A DNA stretch of 64,000 bases from Balamuthia mandrillaris (taxonomy: Eukaryota), in the NCBI GenBank assembly GCA_031835245.2, contig JAVKOQ020000018.1, forward strand, positions 1-64,000. Direction: 5' to 3'. How positions within the stretch are numbered: the first letter of the stretch is position 1; each line of letters opens with the position of its first letter. This document shows, one piece after another, positions 49,763 through 62,474 of the stretch. Below the pieces are notes generated by a model. That model saw only the letters and a program-made list of their open reading frames with translations. It was not told where the DNA came from and did not search any database. The translations under genes were made by a program, and so were the position numbers.

Positions 49763-50586
49763 CTCTTGCTGGATTTAGTGTTAGCCGCACCAACCCATTA
49801 ACCTCGACACCAACAGGGCATTCCTGAAACTGCAGCAGCCCCACCTACAGCTCAGCAAACTCAACCCCAAGCACAAACCGAACAAGGTGGTGGTGATGAA
49901 GGCGAAGAGCAAGGCGGCGAGGAGGAAGGTGACGTCGGTGGCGGTGGCATCCCCACCAGCCTCCTCAGCAGCCTTTTGGGCCAACAACAGGGACAAGGCG
50001 GACATTTCGATTGGCTGCGTCAGCACCCCCAGTTCAACCAAATCCGACACATGATCCAGAGGAATCCTCAGCTGTTGGGTCCGTTGCTCCAACAGCTGGG
50101 CCAGGCCAATCCCCAGATCTTGCAGCTCATCAGCCAGCACCAACAGGAGTTTATGGCCCTGCTGAATGAGCCTGTGGCGGAGGGAGCTGCTGGTGGTGGA
50201 GGATTGGGAGGCATGATGGGAGGCATGGGAGGAGGCGGTGGTGGAGGTGGTGGTGGTGTCATTCAGGTTACACAGGAAGAGAAGGACGCTATTGATAGGG
50301 TTTGTTTTTCCTCATTCGTTTTGTGTGTGTGTGTTCCATTTTTTCCTAATCAAATTTTGCGTTATGTAGCTGCAAGCGCTTGGATTTGATAGGTCGGTGG
50401 TGATCCAGGCTTTCTTTGCTTGTGACAGAGACGAACAAGTGACCGCCAACTATCTCTTTGTACGCCTCTTTCTTTCAAACTTTGTGGCGGTTCTTCTTGC
50501 TGACCGAAAAAAAACAATAGGATCACGGTCACGAGTTGATGGGCGATGACTTTGAGGAAGGTGGCGAAGGAGATACCGGATCCTAA
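48858..50586 (+). CDS. RAD23: UV excision repair/proteasome shuttle RAD23
   Basis: [26 protein letters not shown]1 [30 protein letters not shown]-binding [15 protein letters not shown]2 [17 protein letters not shown]. Confidence 0.96.
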
Positions 50587-51347
50587 AACTCAACACTCTA
50601 TCTTACAGACCTCTTTTCTTTTTGTCTTTTTTATTTTAACTTTTAGGCCTGCAACCAAGTAAACCCTTTTTTTAAACCGCTCGCAGCTTTTTTTTTTTGT
50701 TATAATTATTTCCTTTTCGTTGTAGTTTTCCATTTTCCTGTGCCAGGTCGACACGATTTCTGGACCTTCTTTTCACTCGAATTTCACATCACCATAGCAA
50801 CGTGTTGGTAATTAGCCCTGAAATTTCCGGTTTTATGCCTTTTATGGATATTTACACCAAAAAGCAAAAACAGCGGAATTCGGGTGGAAAAGTAAAAATT
50901 TTGCTGTCAGCAGACAGAAGAGAGAAGAGAGGGCAACCAAGACGGTGACAAGGCGCACCACAATTAAATAGAAAAAAAAGGGAGGGCAGGGCAGGGAGAG
51001 GCGCTCTTGTGTTCTTTGTCACACCAGCGAGAAGCAAAAAAAAAAAAACCAAGCTGTTGCGGCATAATAGGATTTTTGTGTGTGGGTTGTGCCTTAAAAC
51101 GACCTCAACGTTGCTGTTGCCGTAGATTTTCATATTTGGGTACTTGCTTCCTAGGCTTTCCTTTGCCAACAAGACTATTTTTTTGAAAGATTTTTTCTTC
51201 TTTTTTGTTGTTTTCTCGGCCTTTTGGCACAGCACTCCTCGCCCCCTCTATATCTCAGAGGAACCAGAAGGAGGTAACTAACACCTTCTTGCCCCCCCCA
51301 AAAAAAAGATAAGAGGTCCCGCCCTTTGCATCCCTAGCCTTCCCACT

Positions 51348-54085
51348 ATGTTCGCCTGGTTTCCGCTCTTCCCAGGAGAGGAAGAAAACGATGCCACCAC
51401 CACCACTTCGCAACAGCAGCAGCAACGAAGCACCTCTTCTTCTCCTCGTAGCCATCTTCACCCTCACAACCACCGTAATGCCTCAACTCAGCTTTCCGCT
51501 TCGCCTTCTTCTCGCCGTGGCAGCCCTCCCTCTTCTTCCTCCTCCACAAGACGTCTTCGTTCTGTTGCTTCTGCCCCATCGGAGAAAGAAGCCGAAAGAG
51601 GACTCTTTGGTAACTTGCTGGCCAAATTGGGATCCACGCTATCGGTCAGTGGCGGAAACAACAACAGCTCCTACTATGATCGGACAGTCCGAAATGGGGG
51701 AGGAGTAGCAGGAGGAAGAAAGCACAACGGAGCTCGCGGAACAGCTACGTTCGTTGTAGGCGGTTGTTCTCCTACCGAGTGGACCTCTCCTCTCGTTGAA
51801 GCCTCCGCTATTGCCAGGGATCAACGTGCTCGTCATCCTTCGCAATATTCTTCCTCCTCCTCTTCTTCTACCATGAACAAACAACAAAGAAACAGAGGCA
51901 AGTCGTACTATTACTACGATGAAGCCTCTTCCGGTGGTTCTGGTTCGGACTCTGGTGGAGACAGTTGGGCGGAACACATCTCTGCCGTTGCTGATGATGA
52001 CTATGCCGATGACGGTCCTTCCATGATGATCGACGTTGTTAATGCTTCTTCTTCTCGCTTTGACGAAGGAGAATTGGTTGAGGCCGATGAAGCAGAGGAA
52101 GTGATGGTGGGACTTGCTGTGAAGGCATCAAAGTCGACAGGAATGGGACCACTTTTTGAGGAGAGGCTGGAAGTGATGGCGAGCGCTGAAGTTCAGAATG
52201 GATGGAGGAGATGCCGTTCTTCCTCTGGCGGCGATCATCCTTCGCATTACTATCATCAGGAAATAGTGGTTCTTGATAAGGGTAAGAAGCAGAAGCAGAA
52301 GAAAAAGGTTTCGGCTGGTGTGATCTTGTTGGACTTATTGCCGAACGAACTCTGCCTGTTGATTCTGTCGCACTTGGAACCGAAGGAGCTCTGTCTTCAA
52401 ATTGCCCCGCTGTCGAAACGGTGGAACCTCCTCGCCAGAGATAACTGCCTTTGGTTAGTATCGTTTTCTCGTGTTGTTTATGTTGTCATTTGTCCCTTTT
52501 TTATTTCACTCTCTTTGCCCATTTTCTTCGGCTGACTGTACAAACGGATGCACATTCATAGGAGGGACCGTTTTTACAAAGAATGGCAAGGAAAGAGACG
52601 CATACAACCCTCTCTCCAAAACTCAAGCTTCAACGCCCCCTCCGTTCGCAATAGCTGGTACAAAAAGTTTCAGCAACAGAAACTGCTTCACGATAATTGG
52701 ATGAACCCAACTTTTACCCCTCACGTCATTCAGTTGAAGGGGCACACAAAGGGAGTTCGTGCTTTGCACTTTCAGAACGACATTCTTTATTCTGGAGCGA
52801 AGGACTCTAAAATAAAGATCTGGGACATGAACTCGGGACAATGCTTGCACACCCTTCCTGGCGCTAAGGACTGTGTTCAGTCGTTGCGCATGGATGGACA
52901 TACTTTGGTAAAAGCCTTCTCCTTTGCTTTCTTTATCCCTCCCTTCTTACCATTTTTTAAACATATAATAGGTGAATGGTGGAGGATCAGCTGATCCAAT
53001 GGTAAGGGAATGGGATGTCAACACTCAAACCTGTGTCAGAGTGTACAAAGGACACGATGAATGGATTTGTTGCATTCGCTTCGATGGCAACATCATTGTG
53101 CGTTTCTTTTTCATCGTTCAAGTGTTATATTATTAAAACAAATGACTAAGTATTCGAATTCTCTCCCTCATCATAACAGATGAGTTCATCGGATGACCAA
53201 AGTGTTAGATTGTGGGACAGAAGGACCGGGCAGTGCATTCACTCTTTGAACGATCACTATGGTATTCTTTTAATCCACCTTTTTCTGTCCTTTCTTTGTT
53301 TGGTCCTTGTCCTATTCTTTTCTTTTTTTTCGCTCACTTTCTCTTCGTGAAAACAAAGATACGGTATGGTGTTTGCAGTACGATGAGGATAAAGTGTTAA
53401 CGGGAACAGCAGCCGGAGATAGGGTCGTTCGCATTTGGGACAGGCGCACTTTGAGGTGCAGAAGCCAGCTGCAGGGACATCGTGGTGGTGTTTACAGCTT
53501 GCAGTACGATGGTGACATGTTGTGGACCGGTTCTACTGGTCAAATCAAGAACTGGGATCTAACCAACAACCAATGCTTGGTATGGCTCTCTGCTTATTTG
53601 CTTCTCTCCTCTCTTCTCTCTCTCTCTCTCTCTTCCTGTTTCTTTTATTTGCTCTTGCCTAAACTTCGACGCAATCAACAACAGAAAACCTTTGACAAAG
53701 AACATTCTTACTTTGTGATGGGGTGCGTAACTCTTTAACTATTTCTCTTCTCTCCTCTCTTACTTTTTTCCAAATCAAACAAACAAATAGTCTACAATTT
53801 GACGGAGTGAAAATGGTGAGCGGAGGATATGATACCTACGTACCAGGCGTGCGCATTTGGGATGTGCAAAATTCCAAAGTGTTAAAGACGTTATCTGGCC
53901 ACAGCAAAGCCATCCGCTGTCTTCATTTCGACTCTGAGAAATTGGTACCTTTGATGATAGCTTCCCCCTTTTTTTTCTTTTTGATTTTCTCCTGCATAAC
54001 CTGAACGTTATGTAAAAAGGCAAGCGGCTCTTTGGACAAGACGATTCTTGTTTGGAACTTCAAAACAGGACCTTTGGCTCTCTGA
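51348..54085 (+). CDS. F-box/WD40 protein (Cdc4/beta-TrCP/Met30-like), multi-exon
   Basis: F-box LLPNELCLLILSHL..SKRWNLLARDNCLW, then about seven GH...WD repeats. Confidence 0.92.
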
Positions 54086-54287
54086 AGTCTTATTATTATT
54101 ATTATTTAAAAACCCTTTCTCTCATTTATTTACCCAACAAACAGACTTCATTTATCGCCACCCCTTGCTTGCTCTTCTTCTTACAAACTATCCGAAGAGA
54201 AGTTTGTTGAAAAAAATAAATAAATATTTATTTAAAAAATAAATTAAAAAATAAATTTTAAAAAAACAAAATACTAAAAAAAGAATG

Positions 54288-54436
54288 TGGAGATTGTCGG
54301 ACTCGAACCGACGACCTTGAGCTTCAGGCTCTCACGCTCTTCCTAGCAAAGGAAAGGAGGGGTAGCGGCTCTCTCCGAGGAGAGAGTAACGATTGAACCC
54401 CCCGAAACCTATGTTATGCCACTGAGCTAAATCCCC
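54288..54436 (-). ncRNA. tRNA-like Pol III RNA (149 nt) with ~77-nt D-loop insertion; G3:U70 acceptor stem; non-canonical anticodon arm
   Basis: Acceptor GGGGATT/AATCTCC+A, D stem GCTC/GAGC, T arm GTCGG-TTCGAGT-CCGAC, variable loop AGGTC, A box TAGCTCAGTGG, B box GGTTCGAGTCC, T7 run just downstream. Confidence 0.85.
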
Positions 54437-54616
54437 TTGGTACAAACGGAGCGAAGTTGCCAGCTCCGACCGATATTTCCTTGGCAACCTCACCGACGAA
54501 ATTATTATATGAAGAGCAGAGAAACTTTTTGGCTCATCTTTCACTCAGCGATAATAACTCGCCAAAATCTATTGAAGATCTGCAAGTGCCAAAGCGAATG
54601 ACCTGCTCTGCGCTGC

Positions 54617-55813
54617 TCAACAAAAAGAGATGATGGGATAGTGCTTGTGCACCGAAAAGTCATATCGAAGGCTCTTTTTGCTGTTAGCGGCAGCTCCTTT
54701 TCCTTTGTTCGAGGGGGCAACGCTCTTTGCGAGTTGCTCCGCACTGGCGAGGTTTTCTTGGATCACTTTTTCGACGCTCCGCAACACCGAATAGGTTTTC
54801 TGTGAGAAGCTTTCTTCTTCCTTCTTTTTTGAATATGAAAAAAAAAGGTGAGAACAAGCTCAAATGTTAAATAGATAAGAACAAGTTACCTGAGATGACG
54901 AAGCGAAAGGATGAGTCCGAATGGCTTCTTCGATGCTCGCTTTGGCTTCCCGCAGGTTTTCTGTTGCGGTACCATAAATCTCTTCTACCTGCATCTATGA
55001 ATTAGTCTACTCATCGCATCTCTGAAAGTAAAAACATAGAAAGAAAGCGAGAGAGAGAGAGAGAGAGAGAGAGAAGAACAAAAGCTTGAGCAAGACGAGC
55101 AGGGAAACGAACCTTAAAAGTGGAGTAATTGGTAGTAGAGCGGAAGTGAGTGGGATGCAATGGCTGCGGCTGTGGCAAGCGATGAAAGACAGAGAAGCGA
55201 TTGAAGAAGCGGCTTTCCATGCTGCCGTATGGGGTTGGGTCGTACGATGGATCTTGGCCCAATTCCATGTTCGCTCCAATTATCATCTGATGACACAAAG
55301 CAAAGGGAGAGAGAGAGAGAGAGAAGAGAAGAGAGGTTAAGAAATGAGACATTCAAGCAGGAAAAAGAAAATAAAAGGAAAAGAACGATGAGAATGAAAC
55401 AGTAAAGAAAGGAACAAAGGAATAAACACGAGAAGATTAAAGGAATAGAAATACTGACCCTAAACAAACCGGAACAAAGTTTGCGTTGAGCATAGATAAA
55501 ATATTGATAATGTTCCATGGGCGGAATTTTAATATCGGGCGTAGAGGAGTCCGTTACCGTCGTGGATGTCGTTTGTTGGGATGCACCACGCTTGCTTCCT
55601 CGTCCACCGCCTCCTTTCCTCTTTCCTCTTCCTCCACCAACGCTGCCGCTGCCTGTCGTTGCTCCTCCTGTCTTGTTTCTCAAGTGCACTTTTTGTTGTG
55701 TATTACAAAAGATCGAGAAATACAAACGGCAACATAAATAATGACAATTCCAAGAGAGACAAATACAGGATAGTGAACGAGGGAGCAAGAGGGCGAGGGC
55801 CAGAGAGAGAGAG

Positions 55814-55852
<39 letters not shown>

Positions 55853-56591
55853 AAGAAGAGGAAGAGAGAGAGAGAGAGAGAGACAGAGAAAGAGAGACGC
55901 GTACAAGGTAGCGGAGCACCAGTAACTTGTCTCGTTCTCTCCCTCATGTCTAATTGGTTCTTCAGCTGCACTGAAAACAAGTAATCCAAATACCAGAATA
56001 ACATGCAATACTCCAACGGATTGTAAATTTCCAACTCAAAACCGAGCAACAAGTAATGAATCATGACGAGTATCGTTTGGTCCATCGTCCAACTGAAAAA
56101 CCAATAGATGAAGGTATCGGGTTGAAGTGGGGTGGGTGCTTTCTTCTTTTCCTGCTTTCTTTGGGCGATGAGTTGGTCGAGAGATTCTGCTTCGTGAAGA
56201 AGAACGGCCCAATCGTCTAAGCAACGAACAAACTTGCGTCTTTGTCGAGAGCGGTTGAAGCATAATAGTTTGAATTGTAGAACTAATACCTATTGTTTAT
56301 AGTGCAATTTGTTCGTTCAGTATTGTCAAGAAGAAAAGATAAAAAAAATGGAAGATGATAAGAACGTGTAGAAAGACACCTTGCAAACTTTATCAAAGAA
56401 GGAAGAAGTAAGAGGATTGTCAATCACATCAGGAGGCAATGGAAATTCTTTCAAGCAATCACGAAGAACATCTTGAATGGCTCTCACTCCTAATATTTTC
56501 CTTGAATGGAAACAAAATATCTATTAGATAATAAAAGACAATTAGTACGAATAATTTCTATTAGAACAAGTGACAGGGAAGAGAAAAAGCG

Positions 56592-56630
<39 letters not shown>

Positions 56631-57625
56631 AGAGGCAGGGAGAAAGAAACCTTCAACCGAGAGCGGGTAATGATATCAGGGGCATCATAGGTGAATAGCA
56701 ACAAAAACTCTTGAATAGCCGATATAAGGTTCCTTCTTCCTGGTTCACTCACGGTAGCTATCTTCTCTCCCTCTCTGCCAGCTGCTCTCGCCTCCTCCAA
56801 ATCCACTTCTGCCACCATTCCACCACCTCCACTTTCTCCTCCTTTCTTCTTTGGCTTCTTGGTCTTTTTTTTACTATCCGCATTCGTGTTACTTTCGTTA
56901 GTAGCAGCAATAATGTCCTGTCTCACAACTTTCAATCCAACAACCGTCAAACAGTCGCACAGTCGCAACATTGCTCTTAGGATCTTGTCAAAGGCATCTA
57001 TTGCTGCTTCGGGAGAAAGTAGCTCAATCGTTCGCGGAGGAACTGGACTCGGCATTCTTCGGCACAATCGTGGATCAAACACGTTCTCCAACAATGAAGG
57101 CGATGAAGAGGAAAGAGCTGAAGAACCGATAGAGAGAGTACGTTGGATGATTGGCAGTTGAGCTAAAGCGTATTTGAGGGCCTTTCTTGCAGCTTCCAAC
57201 GATTTAGTCTCCACTCGTTCCAAGTTAAAAAGTGCCACATAAAATGCTCTCCGAAAACGAAAACGAGCCAAAAGCGCTTCTTCCTCTCCTTCTGTTCCTT
57301 TTCCTTTGTTGTTGCTGTTCTTTTTGTTGTCGGAAGAAGAACGAGCAATGTTAAACAACTCTTCTTCCGCTTCTTTGATGTCTTTCAGAACCTGACTCTC
57401 CTCCACTTCCATACACAAGTTAAAGCCAAATGTGTTCGTCACAAAGTCTTCCTCCTCATAGATGTCTCCCATCATGACCAACGTCCGAACTACATCGCAA
57501 CTCTTCATGAGAGCTGTGCAGTAAATGCGGAGCCATTTGTTGGGAATAGAATGGGGCTCGTGCATGTAGAGGCACGTTAACACAGTTTGAGCTAACGAAA
57601 ACCCAGAGTACCAAGTTGCCTTTTT

Positions 57626-57664
<39 letters not shown>

Positions 57665-58077
57665 GTTAAATAGATGTTAAATGTTGCCGTGACAAAAAGA
57701 TGGAAGAAAAAGAAAGAGAAAGAGAAAGAGAAAGAGAAAGAGAAAGAGAAAGAGAAAGAGAAAGAGAAAGAGAAAGAGAAAGAGAAAGAGAAAGAGAAAG
57801 TAACCTCGCAGCCAAGAAGACGATCAACCACGAAAAGGACTTGAGGAATGGAGAGCTCCGTTTGAGGGAGAAGTCCCAGCTTGCGTGCTTCGTGCAGATT
57901 GTAGACTCCCTCCACGTTCACGCCCGAGTCCATTTTGGGGTCCATTATCTATTTATTGGGTGGTTCGTTGATCGTTTTGAGTTTAGGAAAATAATAACAA
58001 ATTTAAAAAATAAACAGAAAAGAAAAGAAAAGAAAAGAAAAGAAAAGAAAAGAAAAGAAAAGAAAAGAAAAGAAAAG

Positions 58078-58108
<31 letters not shown>

Positions 58109-58209
58109 GAAAAAAGAAAAGAAAAAAGAAAAGAAAAAAGAAAAGAAAAGAAAATAGAAAAGAAAAGAAAAGAAAAGAAAAGAAAAGAAAAGAAAATAGA
58201 AAAGAAAAG

Positions 58210-58242
<33 letters not shown>

Positions 58243-58625
58243 GAAAAGAAAAGAAAATAGAAAAGAAAAGAAAAGAAAAGAAAAGAAAAGAAAAGAAAAG
58301 AAAATAGAAAAAATAGTTTTTTAAAAAAAAGGAAAAAAGTACTTCAATGGCGGACATGGCTTCCATCAGCCCAAAGCCAGACACGGAGAGCAGTTGCCCC
58401 GCTTCCATGTCTATTTATTTATTGCATCGAGGAAGTTGAGTGAGTGTTAAAAACAAAAAGGAGTGAGAGGAGAGAGGAGAAGTTAGCAGTGACGAGAGAA
58501 GTGAGTGAGTGAGAGAGAGAGAGAGAGAGAGAGCAAAAACCGTTGGCTGCGTTGAGCAGGTCTTCATCGATGCTCTTCCACTCGCTGTGTTTGCTCGGTT
58601 TATCGCTCTCAAAAGTGGAACTCAT
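54617..58625 (-). CDS. NAA35: NatC auxiliary subunit NAA35/Mak10, multi-exon
   Basis: FGLMEAMSAIE|IMDPKMDSG, WYSGFSLAQTVLTCLY, IYEEEDF, LLLGFELEIY..EYCMLFWYLDYL, RFFNRFSVF, DFSVHKHYPII. Confidence 0.92.
58017..58303 (+). repeat. (AAAAG)n intronic microsatellite (with (AGAAAG)n at ~57710-57800)
   Basis: Seen directly. Confidence 0.93.
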
Positions 58626-58977
58626 TTTTCGCACAAATAAATAATAATTTTAGAAAAAAAAACAAATAGAGAGGGAAAAAACAAAAAGAAGGGAACCCCC
58701 GCCACCACCACCAACAATCAAAACAAAATGAAAGAGAGTGTGTGTGGTCTTATTCCTCCTTCCTTTCTTTTTGTTTCTTTCTGAACAAAAATAATTATAT
58801 TTAATGTAGCACCTTTATCGCACATTTTGTGCAGCCAGAGACAACAAAAGCTGCAGAGTTATTCAGTAGAACACAAAATGACGTTAAAATGTGCACTAAA
58901 AATGAAATCCTGGTCATTTCAAGACCAAATCGAGACCAATTGGAGCACAACAAACCACGACCGAAAACGAAAAAGAG

Positions 58978-59610
58978 ATGAGAAGAGCAGCAGCTCCCTT
59001 TGGAGGCATTTGGCAGGGCTCCTCCTTCAAGAAGGCTCCTTCTCGCAGCGCTGTCGGTGGAGGGGCAAGAAGAACTCTCTTCGCAAGATCTTCTTTCTCG
59101 TTGCATGACCACATCCGTCTGGCCTCCCCTTCTCGCTTGCTCTTCTGCCTCACCTCTCCTCACACACCGTCCTCTTCTTCTCTCCCTCCATTCCCTTCAT
59201 TGTCTTCTTTTTCCTCCTCCTCCTCCTTCAGCCTCCCCGCTTCTTCTTCCTCTCTTCTTTCGCTCCCTCGTCGCTTCACCACTCTTTCCTCCTCTTCCTC
59301 AGGAGGCCCCATAGAACGTGCCATCCTCACCAAGGTGACCCACCACCTGCAGCCCCAATTCCTGGAGGTGCTCAACGAGAGCAACAACCACAACGTACCC
59401 AAGCACTCAGAGACCCACTTCAAGGTGGTTGTCGTCAGCCCTCTCTTCCACGACAAGAGCATGGTGGAGAGGCATCGAATGGTGAATGCGGTGCTGCGGG
59501 AGGAGCTGAGGGAGAAGGGCGTGCATGCGCTGTCGATAAAGGCCTACTCCACAGAGGAGAAGAAGGAGGAGTGGCGGAGCCCTCCTTGCCTTGGCGGCAG
59601 CAAACGATGA
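58978..59610 (+). CDS. BolA-like protein (BOLA1 type) with probable mitochondrial presequence
   Basis: LEVLNESNNHNVP..SETHFKVVVVS..RHRMVN..VHALSI..SPPCLGG; S/R-rich, acid-poor N-terminus. Confidence 0.92.
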   Translation: MRRAAAPFGGIWQGSSFKKAPSRSAVGGGARRTLFARSSFSLHDHIRLASPSRLLFCLTSPHTPSSSSLPPFPSLSSFSSSSSFSLPASSSSLLSLPRRFTTLSSSSSGGPIERAILTKVTHHLQPQFLEVLNESNNHNVPKHSETHFKVVVVSPLFHDKSMVERHRMVNAVLREELREKGVHALSIKAYSTEEKKEEWRSPPCLGGSKR

Positions 59611-59811
59611 TGATGCATTGATCAGCTTGCAAGCACCCAAGCACAGCCCACAAGGGAAGAGTGCTCCTTGGTCAAATGTGTCGACATAAATTCCTTTGAT
59701 TTCCGGTTGGCTGTTTGAATATTAATGGGATATCATATTTCGTGTCGTCATGATAATATTTTTAATTTTGGTCTTTCTGGTTTCTCCAGAAATAACGAGA
59801 GGAGCTGCCCC

Positions 59812-60460
59812 ATGGAGAGCGGGACGAGAGAGAGAGGACCACCACCGCCGCGCCCACAGCCGCCGGCCCATGGGGGAGCGATGATGATGCACCACCGCAA
59901 CCAATCCGCCGAGGTCCTCTCCTTCGTGCCGTCCTCTTCCTCCTCTCCTCAGGCGCCACCACCCCTCCTGGCCGCCGCTTCGGATGACCAATTGCTGGCG
60001 GGCCGCAAGAAGAGTCGAACCTACGCCCCTCATATTCTCTCTCGCCCTTCTCCTCCTTCCAACAACAACAACGCGCAACCGCCACAAAACTCTTCTCCAT
60101 ATTCTTCTTCTTCTCCAACCTCTTTTTCTCCCTCCTCCTCTTCCTCTTCTGCTTCTTCTCCCATCCCAGGCGGTCGATCTGCTTCTCTTCTCTCCTCCTC
60201 TCCTCCCTCTTTCACTTCTTCCTCTTTCACCTCTTCCCCTGCTTCGCCCTTCAAACATGACACAAAAACAAAAAGTTTTACGCAACAGCAGAAGAAGAGG
60301 AAGAAGAAGGCCAAGGCAAAAGGCATAGAGGCGGTCAGTTCGCTTCTCTCCAATATTTCGTTCTCTCAGATCGGCTCCTCTTCCTTCTCCTCCTCCTCCA
60401 AAGAGGAACTTCGCATTGGCGCCCCTGTTAACTATCGCAACCAGAGTGTCACTGGTTTGT

Positions 60461-60491
<31 letters not shown>

Positions 60492-62403
60492 CTCTCTATC
60501 TTTTTAGTCTTCTCTCTTCTTCTCTCTTCTTCTCTCCTACCATTGCTGCTTCTTCATTTTCATCTTCTGCTGTGCTTCTCTTTCCTTCTCTTTCTTCTCT
60601 TTCTTCTCGCTATCTTACTCTCTTGCTCCCTTGCTCTCTTTCTCTATCTCTTTAGTCTTCTCTTCTCTCTCTCTCTCTCTCCTACTATTGCTGCTTCTTC
60701 ATTTTCACTTCTACTGTACTTCTCTTTTCTTCTCTTTCTTCTCTTTCTTCTCTTCTTCTGCCTATTTCCTTCTCTTTTGTTACTAATGCTCTCTTTTTTG
60801 AAACTTTAAATACAAAGGAATGTTTGGAGTATCCATAGACCGTATACTAAGAGACTGTAACAAAGAGGAATGGCCATTACCTCCCTTCATCGAACAAATG
60901 TGTCTGCACATCGAGACCTTTCTCTTAGGCGTAGAGGGCATCTTTCGTCTCTCTCCAACGATGCAGGAGCTCAAAGCCTTTCGTGACACTGTCAACGATG
61001 GAAGGACGTTTATACTTAGAGAGGATGAAAACGCGGCGGTTGTTGCAGAACTGTTGAAATTGTTTCTGCGGGAGCTGCCTGATCCTATATTGACCTACAA
61101 GCTTTATTATCGGTTTATCTTTGCTGCTAAATCGACTAGTGAAGGTTTGTTGTTGTTTCTCTCTCTCTGCTTCTCTGCTTCTCTGCTTCTCTGCTTCTCT
61201 GCTTCTCTGCTTCTCTGCTTCTCTGCTTCTCTGCTGCTCTGCTTCTCTCCGTCATCTAAACAAAAAACTGACTTTATAAATACGGAACAGAGGAAGTGTT
61301 TATATCTCAATTGAAACAAATAGTAGAAGAGCTGCCACACAGTCATCAATGCATCTTGAAGCGGTTGTTTCGGTGTTTGGCACGAGTTGCTGAGTTCTCT
61401 CACGTTAACAAGATGGACGTGTCCAACCTCGCCAAAGTCATAGGCCCCAATCTTCTCCGTCCTCCGCCTGATGGTTTATTTTTCTCTTTTCTCTTTTTCT
61501 CAGCTGTGTTCTGTCTTTATCCTCTCTGCTTCTTCTCTTTCTAACTTTTTATTTCGCAGATGCAACTGCCACGAAAGACGCCTCAAGAATGATGGGATTA
61601 TCTTCCAACATGAGTCGCATCGCTGAGATGTTCATTCGCTTTGAAAATCATATTTTCGGAGGTGTGGACTATACGTCTCGGTACCGCTTTTACGCTAAAG
61701 TAGTCAGCACTCCGACTGCCTCTGCTGATTCTGACATTGAGGTGCCTAAGCTCTTCTTCTTTCCTCTTCTCTTCTTTTCTGCCTCGTTCTTCTTTCTTAT
61801 TGCTTTCTTGCTTCCTTTCGTTCTTTAACTGTTCAACACCAAAAGTTTTTAAAATTGAGCGAAGGGGATCTGTTGTTAGTCATCGAACGAGTCGAACGTC
61901 CGCTTCCTTCTTCTTCAACAGATCAACAACCGCAACGAACTAAAACGGAAGCATGTTATCGCGGCCATTGCAAGGGCATGCACGGATTGTTTCCTGTTCG
62001 CCACTGCACCGTCTTACGAAGCAAGGACCTTTCCTCCTCTGCTGCAACTTCTCCTCGTTCTGGATGGTCGTTTGTCAAGAAACGGAGCACTTTCTCTGCG
62101 CCCAACCACAAAGAGAAGAAGAGCGGTGAGGCCAACAACAACAACAACGATCAGGACAAAAGAGAAGAAGACGAGGAACCGAAAGGAGGAGCTGAAGAAA
62201 CAAAAGGCGCCGAGGGAGAGGATGACAGAGAAAAGGGTTGGAGAGCGAAACCCTCCGTCATGCGGATCGGCAAACGAAGGACCAACATTGTTGGCAGCAG
62301 TCGAAAAGTTATTCTATCGCAACAACAGCATCAACAACAACAACAAACTAATGAAGAAGAAGAAACACAACAACAACAACAACGCGAAGAAGAAGAACAG
62401 TGA
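59812..62403 (+). CDS. RhoGAP protein with CRIB-like motif and SH3-like domain, multi-exon
   Basis: MFGVSI, EGIFRLS (arginine finger), LLKLFLRELPDP, NKMDVSNLAKVIGPNLL; IGAPVNY upstream; LSEGDLL..YRG..GLFP downstream. Confidence 0.85.
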
Positions 62404-62474
62404 TGCGAATAGCTTTTTTTGTTTACATTATTTGTTGCTAATATAAATAGGAGAAAGAACAGAGAGAGAGAGGT

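Noticed and set aside
54310..54336. tRNA-Sec (TTCA in a hairpin on the + strand)
   Set aside because: The A/B boxes and cloverleaf are on the minus strand; there is no long variable arm or extended acceptor stem.
54342..54418. Strict bulge-helix-bulge splice motif at the D-loop insert
   Set aside because: A 4-bp helix and one 3-nt bulge can be drawn, but the second bulge is not closed and the predicted cuts leave an oversized D loop, so it is not claimed.
60490..60760. Imperfect ~150-bp tandem duplication in a RhoGAP intron
   Set aside because: Low-complexity local duplication with no sign of function or mobility.
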